64,000 nt of DNA, taken from NCBI GenBank assembly GCA_031370005.1, contig JANMPT010000025.1, positions 64,001 through 128,000 of the forward strand, written 5' to 3'. Below the pieces are notes generated by a model that worked only from the letters and a program-made list of their open reading frames with translations, was not told where the DNA came from and searched no databases. Below are positions 41,822 to 51,957 of the stretch, piece after piece. The translations under genes and the position numbers were made by a program. This DNA is from Bdellovibrionales bacterium (GTDB lineage Bacteria > Bdellovibrionota > Bdellovibrionia > Bdellovibrionales > Bdellovibrionaceae). The first letter of the stretch is position 1. Each line of letters opens with the position of its first letter.

Positions 41822-43320
41822 AAGCCAATACCTGGAAGCATTTTTGTTTTATCAAAAGGTGTAGGATCCTCAAGGCTTGCAACTGGGACCGTGCAGTATT
41901 GAATTGCATAATCGGCAGAAGGTCTATCATTGCCGGACTTACCCATGCCGCCAAATGGAAGGCGGGAACTGGCTCCATTTGTTGTCCGATTCCAGTTGAG
42001 AAGCCCCACGCGGGCTTCAATCAGTGCTTCTTCATAAAGAGCTTTGTTTTTTGTAAAAAGAGCCATTACTAAGCCATAGCCTGTTGAGTTCACAATATTT
42101 AAAGCCTGATTAAAGTCAGAGCTCTTATAGATTGCTACATTCGGCCCAAAGATTTCACTTTTTTGATAAACGGAGTTTAGATCAAATTTATTTACCAAAT
42201 GAATACTTGGTGTGACGTAATGACCTTTGTGTTTTAAATCCAAAGCCTTCCCACGCATCATAGACTCGCAGCCCTCGCGATTGGCGATTTCTTGAAAGCG
42301 AATGTATTTTTCAACTGCGGCCACATTGATCAAGGGACCCATAAATGGATTCTCACCCCAGTGGCCGATACTTAGTTTTTTAGCCGCCTGATAGAACTTT
42401 TCGGTGAACTCGTCGGCGATCTTGTCATGTACAATAATTCGGCTCGTTCCGGAGCAGCGTTGACCCGTACTTAAATAAGCGCCAATTAAAGTTTCGTAAA
42501 CGGCCTTGTCCATGTCGGCGTCATCCCAGACGACAGTCGCATTTTTACCGCCCATTTCTAAAGCCAAGATCTTCCAATAGTGATTCATGGTCTCTTGTTT
42601 TATTTTTAGACCGACCTCATATGAGCCCGTGAAAAGAACACCATCGACGTTTTCATTAGCCGCTAAACGACGACCGGATTCGCCGTCGCCTTGAACTAAA
42701 TTGAAAACGCCTGGTGGAAGCTCGGCTTTTTCAATCAATTGCGCCATAAACTGACCGACAGCTGGAGTCTGCTCTGACGGCTTAAAGACCACCGTGTTGC
42801 CGGCAATCAATGCGGGAATAAGGTGGCCGTTCGGCAAGTGCGCAGGAAAGTTAAAAGGGCCCAGAATAGCCATTACACCACGGGCTTTATGACGAACAAC
42901 CCCTTCGACTCCCGGAAGAGCATTTGGAATATGGGTTTCACTAACAAGTCTTAAGGAGTGATTGATGGTAATATCAATTTTATTGCCAAGGTTTTTTGCC
43001 TCAGTCAGAGAGTCCCATAAAGCTTTTCCTGTATCTCTAGAAATCATCTGGGCCATTTGGTCCGTGTGCGCATCAAAAACTTCTTTAATACGAAGAAGAT
43101 AAGTTTTTCTTTGATCTAATGAAAGGCGTGCCCAAGAAGAAAAGGCTTTTTTAGCGGCCAGGCAGGCCTCGTCGACATGATCATACTTGAATTTCACTGA
43201 CATGATTTGGTCATTCAAGTCGCCGGGGCTGACATCTTTAAATTCGCCATCTCCCTTTTCTACAGATACAAAATGGCCAGCAATAAAGTCCCCTTGATAT
43301 TTAATCGGATAGATTTCCAT
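41818..43320 (-). CDS. astD: Succinylglutamate-semialdehyde dehydrogenase
   Basis: ALDH motifs GPFNFPAHLPNGH, LEMGGKN and GQRC; adjacent to astA. Confidence 0.85.
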   Translation of the reverse strand: MEIYPIKYQGDFIAGHFVSVEKGDGEFKDVSPGDLNDQIMSVKFKYDHVDEACLAAKKAFSSWARLSLDQRKTYLLRIKEVFDAHTDQMAQMISRDTGKALWDSLTEAKNLGNKIDITINHSLRLVSETHIPNALPGVEGVVRHKARGVMAILGPFNFPAHLPNGHLIPALIAGNTVVFKPSEQTPAVGQFMAQLIEKAELPPGVFNLVQGDGESGRRLAANENVDGVLFTGSYEVGLKIKQETMNHYWKILALEMGGKNATVVWDDADMDKAVYETLIGAYLSTGQRCSGTSRIIVHDKIADEFTEKFYQAAKKLSIGHWGENPFMGPLINVAAVEKYIRFQEIANREGCESMMRGKALDLKHKGHYVTPSIHLVNKFDLNSVYQKSEIFGPNVAIYKSSDFNQALNIVNSTGYGLVMALFTKNKALYEEALIEARVGLLNWNRTTNGASSRLPFGGMGKSGNDRPSADYAIQYCTVPVASLEDPTPFDKTKMLPGIGL

Positions 43321-44357
43321 TATGTCTGCTCCTTTCTTTTTGTATAGCTAAGCGGCGAAATAAATACATGATCTCCGATTTCAGCATCCAGGGCCTCGCG
43401 TATTTTTCTTGGAATTGCCACTTCATTACCTCGAAGATCATAAGAAACCTGGGCCGCGCGGAAGGTATCGCCATCTATCCCGAGCAAACCTTGTTCTTTA
43501 AAAGTTGGATCTTTAAAATCTTGTAATTTAGCACGTATTCCTAACTTAATTGGTAAAATATCTTCCACATTGGCCCCGTAGTGAGGGCCGCCATCGAAGG
43601 GGTCGACCTCGTCAAGGTATTCAAAGCCAATGCTTTCTAATAGATGTTGAGCGGGCTTGGTGGCTTCGCCAACACGTCCCAAAACCAAACGGGCCTTTCC
43701 ATCGAGAAGGCATAAATAAATATCATCTTTTGGGAAAAGACTTTCAATAAACTCTTTATGGCTTTGGCTAAGCATGTCGGCTTCCTGATATGGAAGGCCG
43801 GTAAAGCGGCGCCCTAAGGACTCCCAGAATTCACTGCGGCCTTCTTCTGTCAAGGGCGGCGTCAGCTCACAAAGCACACGGTCTTCAAATTTTTCAGGAT
43901 AGAGTCCCATATAGGAAAATCGTGCCAGGCTGATTTGCTTTCCTAACTTTTCCGGACGACGACGATAAGCTTTATCAATTAACAGGCCACCGATTTCTGT
44001 TGGGCCATCGTTATCCAATTGAAAGCGCAAAACCTGATGGATAAATCCCACGCCTAAATCTTGGCTAAACATGTCCCGTTTCAAAATTTTAAAAAAACAA
44101 TGGGGAGTTTCGTCGGAGCCATGCTTTGCAATCACTAAAGAACTTCCAACAATTAGCTTTTCTTCGATGTTTTCTAAAACAAATAAATACTCGGCCTGAT
44201 TTTTCGAAAGTTTTCCGGCAAAAGATTGTTCGCTGCGATCAATCTTTTGGCTGAGAACTTTACGATCGCCCGGAAGGTTTAATAAGGTGAACTGTTTTGC
44301 CAGATCGACTACCTGGGTTAGATCGTCGTGTTGGGCGGCTCTGATAATAAAACTCAT
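43320..44357 (-). CDS. astA: Arginine N-succinyltransferase
   Basis: TEIGGL, FWESLGRRF and DPFDGGP. Confidence 0.88.
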   Translation of the reverse strand: MSFIIRAAQHDDLTQVVDLAKQFTLLNLPGDRKVLSQKIDRSEQSFAGKLSKNQAEYLFVLENIEEKLIVGSSLVIAKHGSDETPHCFFKILKRDMFSQDLGVGFIHQVLRFQLDNDGPTEIGGLLIDKAYRRRPEKLGKQISLARFSYMGLYPEKFEDRVLCELTPPLTEEGRSEFWESLGRRFTGLPYQEADMLSQSHKEFIESLFPKDDIYLCLLDGKARLVLGRVGEATKPAQHLLESIGFEYLDEVDPFDGGPHYGANVEDILPIKLGIRAKLQDFKDPTFKEQGLLGIDGDTFRAAQVSYDLRGNEVAIPRKIREALDAEIGDHVFISPLSYTKRKEQT

Positions 44358-45700
44358 AAACAAAACCTTTCAATGACACGTTTATAGAAATCTACCGCTT
44401 TGTGCAGATCTTCAACTGCAACATGCTCAGTGGGAGTATGGGAGTTTCCCTCGCGCATTCCTGGGCCGAAACACAGACAGTCCATACCTATGCGAGAGAA
44501 AATACTTGCCTCATTCGTTGACGACTGAGTCGTTAAATCTTCTGGAAGCCCCATGCTACGAAGTTCATCGCGGCAGCCTTTGACAAAATCAGAGGCCTCA
44601 TTTGTTCGATATGGTTTTTTATAGTCCGTCACTCGAAACTGCGAGCTATTGGCTTCACAGATTTGTCGTAATTTTTCCATCCAAGACTCATATACTTCAT
44701 TCGATATAATCGGCGGAATATGACATGAGCCGGCCATTAAAACATGATCTGGAAAGGTTCGGATTAGCCCAATATTTAAAGTCGGCTCCGGTGGATAAAA
44801 GTCTTTATCCAAATAGTTTCCAAGCTCTTTTTCAAGGGAAATAATAGACTCATAAATTTTCACGATTTTCGTAACAATAGGCTTTTCAGAATTGGAAACG
44901 ATATCAATCTCCAGTAAAGCATGACTTGGCACGGAGTTGTAATTTACGCCACCATCGACTTCCATCATGCTTACTGAATTCGGCAGTTGCTGCAAATACT
45001 GTAAAAGCTTAATAACGGCATTGTCACCCAAATGCGGAGCTGAGGAATGCGCAGCTTTTCCAACAAAGAGCTTACTTTGAGTTGAGGCGCTTTCAAGGAG
45101 ATTGTGTTCTTGGCGATAGGCCATTTCTTCAGCGGAAAATGGAATGCGGATCTCTACGGCGGCGAAGCCCTTTGCTGCACTGATTAGTTTTAAATTGCTG
45201 GGCTCCCCGATCAAGGCAATCTTTGCTGAAATTTTATTTTTTCGGATAAGCCGGAGGGCCCCTTGCATTCCCAGCTCCCCACCATAGGTTCCCACCAATA
45301 CTGGCGAAAGCTTCCACTTTCTGCCTGTTCCAAACGAAGAGAGTGCCTCGAGTTTGCAGAGAAAATCCAATTTCACATTGGCCGTACCCAGGCCATAAAT
45401 TTTTCCATCAATGATAGTGGCATCAAAAGGATTGCATTCCGTGTGCGTCCAAAGTGGAAAGGGATCGGGGTCGACCGTGTCTAAATGGGTTTGCAATAAG
45501 AATTCTAGCGAAGACGCTTCGGTTTGCGGGCGGGCAACCACATTCACGTGCTCTACATCACGCACGAAATCGCTCTGTAATTCGACATGCAGGCCGTGAT
45601 CCTGACAAAGCACAGCTGCATACTCGGCAACTTCTTTGTTGCCATGAGCAGGGGTGCTGTCGATGGAAATAAATTTACGGCAAGCCTCAATAAAGTTCAA
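44354..45700 (-). CDS. M20-family amidohydrolase (ArgE/DapE-like), possibly degenerate
   Basis: HLDTV, GEPS, a dimerisation domain and HTPTE. Confidence 0.82.
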   Translation of the reverse strand: MNFIEACRKFISIDSTPAHGNKEVAEYAAVLCQDHGLHVELQSDFVRDVEHVNVVARPQTEASSLEFLLQTHLDTVDPDPFPLWTHTECNPFDATIIDGKIYGLGTANVKLDFLCKLEALSSFGTGRKWKLSPVLVGTYGGELGMQGALRLIRKNKISAKIALIGEPSNLKLISAAKGFAAVEIRIPFSAEEMAYRQEHNLLESASTQSKLFVGKAAHSSAPHLGDNAVIKLLQYLQQLPNSVSMMEVDGGVNYNSVPSHALLEIDIVSNSEKPIVTKIVKIYESIISLEKELGNYLDKDFYPPEPTLNIGLIRTFPDHVLMAGSCHIPPIISNEVYESWMEKLRQICEANSSQFRVTDYKKPYRTNEASDFVKGCRDELRSMGLPEDLTTQSSTNEASIFSRIGMDCLCFGPGMREGNSHTPTEHVAVEDLHKAVDFYKRVIERFCL

Positions 45701-45710
45701 TCAGGCTCCC

Positions 45711-47087
45711 TTAAATGCCTTCAAGGATAGTTTTTTCGACAATCTTAATCGCAAGATCAATTTCTTCGTCTTTGATGATCGCAGGAACAAGAAAGCGTAT
45801 ACGCACGGGATCTTTGCCGCAGGTAAAGCAGATCAAGCCGTTATTGAATAATTTCTTAGTCAAAGAGTCCACTTGTTCCTTTTTTCCATCAAATGGTGTA
45901 AAGGCAATCATTAACCCCATGCCGCCAGCATCTTGAACTTTCCCTTTGCAAGTCGTCGCGCCAAGTTCATTTAATTTAGATATAAAATACCGGTGAATTT
46001 GCATTATGCGCCCCTCAGCGCCCAAAAAACCTTCTTGTAACATATCCAAAATTTCCGAACCTACGCTCAAAGAAACCGAGGAGCCCGAAAAGGTTCCCGC
46101 GATCAAACCTGGTTTGGGATTATATTCTTCAGTATAGAGAGTAGCACCGACTTGTGCTGTTTTTGCAATGGTACAGATGTCGATGTATTGGCCAAGGGCC
46201 AGGGTTTCAAAAGCAAAGAGCTCTCCGGTGCGAGTGAAGGTTTGCACTTCATCCGCCCAAACAGCAATGCCTTGGGATTTACAGAACTCTAGAAGTGGAA
46301 CAAAGAATTCCCGTGGCGCGGCTTGATAGCCCCCTTCGCCAAGCATCGGCTCAAATGCGAAAGCTGAAATGTTCTTTGTATGCTTCGCGACGTGCTCTTT
46401 AAGTGCACTCAAGGCTTTTTCCCCACTTTTTGGATCGCGTTTATCATAAAATGGAACGCGTAAAACCTCATTATACTCAGGTAAGCCTACCTTGTATGCG
46501 GGGTTATCCGTGACTTCCGCCATCATCGTGGAGCGTCCGGCAAAAGCATTTTGAAAACTTAGCACAAAGCGAGCCGGGCTATTTTTCTGACGGGAAATTT
46601 TCAAAGCGTTTTCATTGGCCATTGTTCCGCAGGTTGAAAGCCATGCATATTTCAAACGACTGTTTTTACCAGCAAGCTTTACTAGTTTTTCAGTGAGTTG
46701 TTGGTATTCTCTGTTCGGCTGCAGGTTCCCTTGGGTTACAATATCAGAAAGGGCACCGCGAACGGCCGCCTTCATTATACGAGGATGACTGTGTCCCATT
46801 AGGTGAATGCCAATGCCGTTAATTAGATCAAGCTTGATACTTCCATCTTCAAGTTCTACGAAAGGGCCACGGCCGGCACCGGTTCCTACATAAGCATAAT
46901 GCAAGGGTCGACCTCGGAATTGTCCTGTTTTGTCAACCCAGCCTTTACCTATATCCATAAACTCTGGTTGAGCTGCCTGAACAGATTTAACTTGGCCGTT
47001 AATAGCTGTAACCTCTTGAACTAATTCCGTAATTAAGTCCTCTATTTTTGAGGATTGATCAATTTTTTGGCCTACGAGAGAATTCAT
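45711..47087 (-). CDS. Class III aminotransferase (AstC/ArgD-like)
   Basis: FEPMLGEGG, ADEVQT, AK and GTF; first gene of the ast-type operon. Confidence 0.88.
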   Translation of the reverse strand: MNSLVGQKIDQSSKIEDLITELVQEVTAINGQVKSVQAAQPEFMDIGKGWVDKTGQFRGRPLHYAYVGTGAGRGPFVELEDGSIKLDLINGIGIHLMGHSHPRIMKAAVRGALSDIVTQGNLQPNREYQQLTEKLVKLAGKNSRLKYAWLSTCGTMANENALKISRQKNSPARFVLSFQNAFAGRSTMMAEVTDNPAYKVGLPEYNEVLRVPFYDKRDPKSGEKALSALKEHVAKHTKNISAFAFEPMLGEGGYQAAPREFFVPLLEFCKSQGIAVWADEVQTFTRTGELFAFETLALGQYIDICTIAKTAQVGATLYTEEYNPKPGLIAGTFSGSSVSLSVGSEILDMLQEGFLGAEGRIMQIHRYFISKLNELGATTCKGKVQDAGGMGLMIAFTPFDGKKEQVDSLTKKLFNNGLICFTCGKDPVRIRFLVPAIIKDEEIDLAIKIVEKTILEGI

Positions 47088-47144
47088 ATCTAACCTTCCA
47101 TTGGTAATTGACTGATTTTCGCAGTTTAGTACAATTTATTAATC

Positions 47145-48011
47145 ATGTCTTGGTTATTAAAAGTCTTCTCCATATTCCTATGCTTCGCTTCACTGGTTCA
47201 CGCAGAACCGCTGGTGACGATGCCGACTACGGCCGAAAGCCCAGAGATTCACCAGAATAATGCTTTGGTTCCTGTCGAGAAGTTAAGCTTCGAGGAGTAT
47301 TTTGGTCGTGGCACAAAGAGTTATCAGGACAAGAAGTTCGAAAACGCGATATTTAATTTTGAAAAGGCTCTAGAACTTCACCCTGAAAGTGTCACTGTCC
47401 TTACGGATTTAGGGCTCAGTTATTTTCAGATTCAAAAAAAGGGCTTGTCGATTGCCATGTTCCGTCGAGCACTTTACCTGGATCCATCCCAAACAGTGGC
47501 GGAAGCCGCATTGCGGTTCGTTCTATCGCAGCTTGAGATAAAAGAGATTCCCCACCAAATAGAAACCTACGAGCGCCTTCGCTCCTCAGTTTTGAATGCA
47601 GTTTCTGTTAATAGCTTCCAGCTTTTAACTGTACTCTTGCTTTTTACAAGCGGCTTTATTTGGCTGCGCCATTTGGGGCGTCGTCGCAAAGCGTTTGAGC
47701 TTGAGCTCTCTCCACCAAGTGCTCCGCTTATTGGTTGGCTGCTGCCAATTGCCCTGGCTTTATCATTTTTTGCCACCATTTTGAAGATTTATGACCTTTC
47801 AGTCCCGCGAGCGACGATTATTGCTGATAAAGTAAGCGCCCAAACGGCCCCAGGGGACGGTCAAAGTGGCCTTTTTGAACTCTATGCCGGCTTTGAGGTC
47901 ATTGTAAGAAACGCCTCAAATGATTGGATTCAGGTCAGCTACCCAGGCGGCCTTACTGGTTGGGTCAAAAAAGACAGCCTCATGAGCACTTCTAGCAAAA
48001 ATGCCTTTTGA
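47145..48011 (+). CDS. TPR + TM + SH3 domain protein (BatE-like)
   Basis: Signal peptide, TPRs, two TM helices, and an SH3b-like W..V...GWV. Confidence 0.75.
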   Translation: MSWLLKVFSIFLCFASLVHAEPLVTMPTTAESPEIHQNNALVPVEKLSFEEYFGRGTKSYQDKKFENAIFNFEKALELHPESVTVLTDLGLSYFQIQKKGLSIAMFRRALYLDPSQTVAEAALRFVLSQLEIKEIPHQIETYERLRSSVLNAVSVNSFQLLTVLLLFTSGFIWLRHLGRRRKAFELELSPPSAPLIGWLLPIALALSFFATILKIYDLSVPRATIIADKVSAQTAPGDGQSGLFELYAGFEVIVRNASNDWIQVSYPGGLTGWVKKDSLMSTSSKNAF

Positions 48012-48045
48012 CTCGACCAAAGGCCCCTAGTTAAACTGCAGGTCT

Positions 48046-48798
48046 ATGTTTCAAACACTTAAATCACTTTCATTTTTATATATTATTCCAGCGGTGTTTT
48101 TAAGCCTAATGGCTTGCTCAACCATGGACAAAAAAAGCGACACTCCTGATGGAGCCTTTTCAATTGCTGAAGAGTTCGATAAGGATGAGCGCTATGAAGA
48201 GGCTATTCGCCGTTACACGGAAGTAAAAAATAAATTTCCATACAGCAAGTTTGCAACAAAAGCAGAGCTCGCTATTGCTGATGTCTATTACAAACAAGAG
48301 TCTTATCCTGAGGCGCAGGTAAGCTATCAGGCGTTCCGTGAGCTTCACCCAAAGCATCCGCAAATTGATTACGTCCTTTTTCGTATTGGAATGAGTTACT
48401 ACAACCAACTGCCTTCAAGTCTTGATCGCGATCTCAGTGTTGCACAAGATGTTGTAACGAGCTTTGATGATTTGATGAAGCGCTTTCCGAACTCCCAATA
48501 TATCAATGAGGCCGCTGAAAAAAAACTTGCAACTTTAAAGATGCTTGCTGGCAAAGAAGAATACATTGCTAACTTTTATTTTAAACGCGAGATGTTTGAC
48601 AGCGCACTGTCACGCTATGAATTGATCATTTCTAAGTATCAAAAACTTGGTTTTGACGAAACGGCTTACTATGGCGCGGCTGTCTCCGCGAGCAAGATTG
48701 GTGACGCCTTCAAGGCGAATAAATATCTCTCTGAGCTTGTGGCAAAATATCCGAAATCTGCTGAAGCGGAACGCGCAAAAAAGGAAGTCAAACTATGA
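48046..48798 (+). CDS. bamD: Outer membrane protein assembly factor BamD
   Basis: Lipobox LMAC, FPYS, HPKHP..DY, DRD and FPNSQY. Confidence 0.9.
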   Translation: MFQTLKSLSFLYIIPAVFLSLMACSTMDKKSDTPDGAFSIAEEFDKDERYEEAIRRYTEVKNKFPYSKFATKAELAIADVYYKQESYPEAQVSYQAFRELHPKHPQIDYVLFRIGMSYYNQLPSSLDRDLSVAQDVVTSFDDLMKRFPNSQYINEAAEKKLATLKMLAGKEEYIANFYFKREMFDSALSRYELIISKYQKLGFDETAYYGAAVSASKIGDAFKANKYLSELVAKYPKSAEAERAKKEVKL

Positions 48799-49517
48799 AA
48801 TCATTGAATGATGACATGCTTTCAAGTGCGCGGGAATCCTTTGTCGATGGCAACTACAAAATGGCAGAGCCTATTTTACAGCAAATGCTTTTACAAAACA
48901 CACGTAATCCTGAAGTCTATCAAATGTTAGCGACCATCTATTATGACAAGGGCCAATTCAGTAAAGCGATTAAGACTTTTAAACGCGCACTAGAAATTGA
49001 TCCTGCCTATACAGATGCGAGTGTCGGACTTTCTATTATACTAAACGACCTTGGTAAGTATGACGAGGGCAAGCAAGTTTTCGTGGAGGCCCAGGCTCAG
49101 CTAGAAAAGAAAACTGGAAAGAACGATCCTTTCATTGATGAAAAACTTTCCTCGAAGCACGAGGAGCTCGCCGACCTCTATTTTCAATACAAAAGGTATT
49201 CCGAAGCCCTTGATCAGCTTTTGAAGGCGCAAGCGCTGTCCACTCGCAAAGCTGAGATCACCATGCGCATTGCAGAGGTCTATGTTCAAGTCGGCCAATT
49301 CGAGCGTGCAATTAAAGACCTTCGGGCCTTGATTCGTGAGTATCCCCACTTTACTCCAGCTCGGCTAAAGCTCGGAGTTATCTACTACAACTCAAACGAT
49401 ATTGCTGAGGCAACGGAGCAGTGGGAGAATATCTTGATGCGAGACCCACAACACCCCGAGGCTTTACGTTATTTAAAAATGGCACAGGCAGTCGGCATTA
49501 CTTCCATCGAACTATAA
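48795..49517 (+). CDS. Tetratricopeptide repeat protein
   Basis: Multiple TPR units; cytoplasmic. Confidence 0.85.
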   Translation: MKSLNDDMLSSARESFVDGNYKMAEPILQQMLLQNTRNPEVYQMLATIYYDKGQFSKAIKTFKRALEIDPAYTDASVGLSIILNDLGKYDEGKQVFVEAQAQLEKKTGKNDPFIDEKLSSKHEELADLYFQYKRYSEALDQLLKAQALSTRKAEITMRIAEVYVQVGQFERAIKDLRALIREYPHFTPARLKLGVIYYNSNDIAEATEQWENILMRDPQHPEALRYLKMAQAVGITSIEL

Positions 49518-49529
49518 AGGCAGCAAATT

Positions 49530-50048
49530 ATGGGACAAATTAAAAACGAAATGGTTCCCTTCATCACTCGATCCGAAATTGACGAGCTTGTAGACCAACT
49601 TGCAAAGCAAATCGAGTACGATTATGAAGGCAAAGAAATTATCTTTATCTGTCCGCTTCGCGGTTCGTTGCATTTGACCGCTGATTTAATGAGGAAAATC
49701 GATCTTCCTCAGCAGGTAGATTTCGTTTATGTAAAAGCTGTTGAAAAGGGTGGGACAATCAAGATTGTGAAGGACATTTCTCTGAATATCGCTGGGAAAC
49801 ATGTGATTATCGTGGAAGAGATCATTGATACAGGCCGTACTTTGAGTTTTTTGCGAAATCGATTGTTCGCCTCGGTTCCGGCTTCTTTGAAAATAGTCAC
49901 TCTTTTAGATAAGCCCGCACGTCGTGAGCTACCTATTAAAGCCGATTATATTGGTAAAACTATTGATGACCGTTACGTCGTGGGATACGGAATGGATACA
50001 GATGAAATAGGGCGTAATTATCCGGACATTTACCATCTCAAGAACTAA
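49530..50048 (+). CDS. hpt: Hypoxanthine phosphoribosyltransferase-like protein
   Basis: VIIVEEIIDTGRTL, LLDKP.RR and VVGYGMD. Confidence 0.8.
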   Translation: MGQIKNEMVPFITRSEIDELVDQLAKQIEYDYEGKEIIFICPLRGSLHLTADLMRKIDLPQQVDFVYVKAVEKGGTIKIVKDISLNIAGKHVIIVEEIIDTGRTLSFLRNRLFASVPASLKIVTLLDKPARRELPIKADYIGKTIDDRYVVGYGMDTDEIGRNYPDIYHLKN

Positions 50049-50078
50049 AAGTCCATTTTTCGCAAATGAGAGTACTGA

Positions 50079-50153
50079 CTAGCTAACAGCAACATTTACT
50101 AAAAACAAAGCAATGACACAGACAACGTAAAGTATGATGAGTTGCTTAGACAT
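50079..50153 (-). CDS. Putative 24-aa single-TM micro-protein
   Basis: MSKQLIILYVVCVIALFLVNVAVS* with GGAGGAG upstream; below the ORF-track length cutoff. Confidence 0.45.
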   Translation of the reverse strand: MSKQLIILYVVCVIALFLVNVAVS

Positions 50154-50303
50154 TTATTTACGATCTCCTCCGGCCTGACTAAATTGGCTTAAATAAATAT
50201 CTGATTATTCTAGCGCGACTTTCTTTTACCGTCAATGGTCTGTATTTGAAAGCACAGTCTGGTTGCAATTGATTATTTTCTCCTGTGGACTATATTTCTA
50301 AAT

Positions 50304-51026
50304 ATGCGCTCAGTGACCTCTGCATTCCTTATTTTTATCTTTTCGTTATTCTCATGGGGACGTGAAGCCAAACCTATTGCGCTTATTTATCAAGGGCCTG
50401 GTACGTGTAAAGGATGTTCTGAAGCTGTCGGGGATATATTTAAAACAATGGGCTTAAGCTTTGCTTACATTAAGCCTGGAGAATTAAGTCCAGAAAATTT
50501 TAAAAAATCTTGGATTTATGTTCAACCTGGCGGGACAGATCGTATTGAAGATACTCTGGAGGCTCTTTCAAAAAATGAAATTCAAAACCTTAAAAATTTC
50601 GTAGGCGATGGCGGGCGCTTCCTGGGGATTTGTGCCGGAGGCTATTTAGCTGGTGCCTGGACAGATACGACTAAGAAAAGGGCGGCGTTTGGCTTAATTC
50701 CAAGCATTGTTGAGGAAGAATCAAAAGACTCAAAAGCAAAGCTAGAGCCTATTATTTGGAGAGGCGTTAGTTATTGGGTCTATTTTCAAGGCGGCCCGCA
50801 ATTTAAAATGAATGAAATTCCAAGGGCTGAGTCGTGGGCAGTCTATAAAAACACAGGGCATTCAGCGGGCCTAATTACTCAATTTAAAAAGGGATTTGTG
50901 GGGCTACTCGGACCACATTTTGAAGCCCAAGAGGACTGGTATAAAGACGATCAACTTAATTCCCCGGATGGATACCATACTGATTTGGCCAGGGAGTTTA
51001 TAGAGGCCCTGCACTCGAAACAATAG
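50304..51026 (+). CDS. Exported BPL_N / class I glutamine-amidotransferase-like protein
   Basis: Signal peptide, VQPGG, FLGICAGGY (nucleophile elbow) and GPHFE. Confidence 0.82.
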   Translation: MRSVTSAFLIFIFSLFSWGREAKPIALIYQGPGTCKGCSEAVGDIFKTMGLSFAYIKPGELSPENFKKSWIYVQPGGTDRIEDTLEALSKNEIQNLKNFVGDGGRFLGICAGGYLAGAWTDTTKKRAAFGLIPSIVEEESKDSKAKLEPIIWRGVSYWVYFQGGPQFKMNEIPRAESWAVYKNTGHSAGLITQFKKGFVGLLGPHFEAQEDWYKDDQLNSPDGYHTDLAREFIEALHSKQ

Positions 51027-51260
51027 AGGATGCTCCGAGCGCTCCATTTATTGAATAGTGATCCCTAGCATTATGTATTTAAAACTAGAGCCTAGAACTG
51101 TCTTATCTATGTTGTTATGTTATATTTATTCGAGGGGTATATATGACTAGTGGGATTTATGCCGCGTAGCTTAGAGGCTTAGTTATCTCGCCTCAAATCT
51201 GACATTGAATCTCTATGAGAACGAAATTTTTAAAGCATAGAATTTTTTTAAGGGAGATTT

Positions 51261-51728
51261 GTGAATAAAGATTTCATGAAAAAAGCCATCCAACTATCTT
51301 TAGAAAATATGCGCAAAGGTGCCGGGGGGCCCTTTGGTGCTGTGGTTGTAAAGGAAGGAAAAATTATCGGTTCTGGTTGGAATAAGGTGACGTCAACCAA
51401 CGACCCCACAGCCCATGCTGAAGTGATTGCGATTCGTGATGCTTGTCACGTCCTTAATAATTATGACCTTTCTGGTTGTGAAATCTATACAAGTTGTGAG
51501 CCTTGCCCAATGTGCTTGTCGGCAATCTATTGGGCCCGCATCGATATGATCTATTACGCAAATACTCGTCAAGATGCCGCCAATATAGATTTTGATGATG
51601 ACTTCCTCTATCAGGAGATTCCTAAAAATATCGAAGACCGCAAAGTACCCATGGTTCAGTGTTGTCACAATGATGCCATTGCGGTTTTTAAAGAGTGGCA
51701 AGAAAAACAAGATAAGATCGAATACTAA
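51261..51728 (+). CDS. guaD: Guanine/nucleoside deaminase (cytidine deaminase fold)
   Basis: GGPFGA, DPTAHAE, CEPCPMC, FDD..LY and a C-terminal Tyr. Confidence 0.85.
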   Translation: MNKDFMKKAIQLSLENMRKGAGGPFGAVVVKEGKIIGSGWNKVTSTNDPTAHAEVIAIRDACHVLNNYDLSGCEIYTSCEPCPMCLSAIYWARIDMIYYANTRQDAANIDFDDDFLYQEIPKNIEDRKVPMVQCCHNDAIAVFKEWQEKQDKIEY

Positions 51729-51940
51729 GCTGCAAAATAGCTGAGTAACTTATCAGACGTGAAGGTCAACGGTGTCTTACGCTCATTACCCTGTTCAAGC
51801 TCCATTTTTTTTACTTTTTGAGTTCCCAGGTTTTCAAACTTTCCTTGTTTCATTTTCTCGCCCAAAGGACCATCACATTTGTAGGTAGAGACATTCCCGT
51901 CTTTGTCTTGCACAGGAATGCAATTGACGTCCCTAAGCAT
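51725..51940 (-). pseudogene. Possible gene remnant or small hypothetical protein
   Basis: 71-aa ORF directly downstream of higA with no clear SD; reads like an internal fragment. Confidence 0.25.
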
Positions 51941-51957
51941 TTGAGAAAGGTTCTTTC

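Noticed and set aside
51030..51260. Possible purine riboswitch upstream of guanine deaminase
   Set aside because: The conserved purine-aptamer junction and loop sequences were not found.
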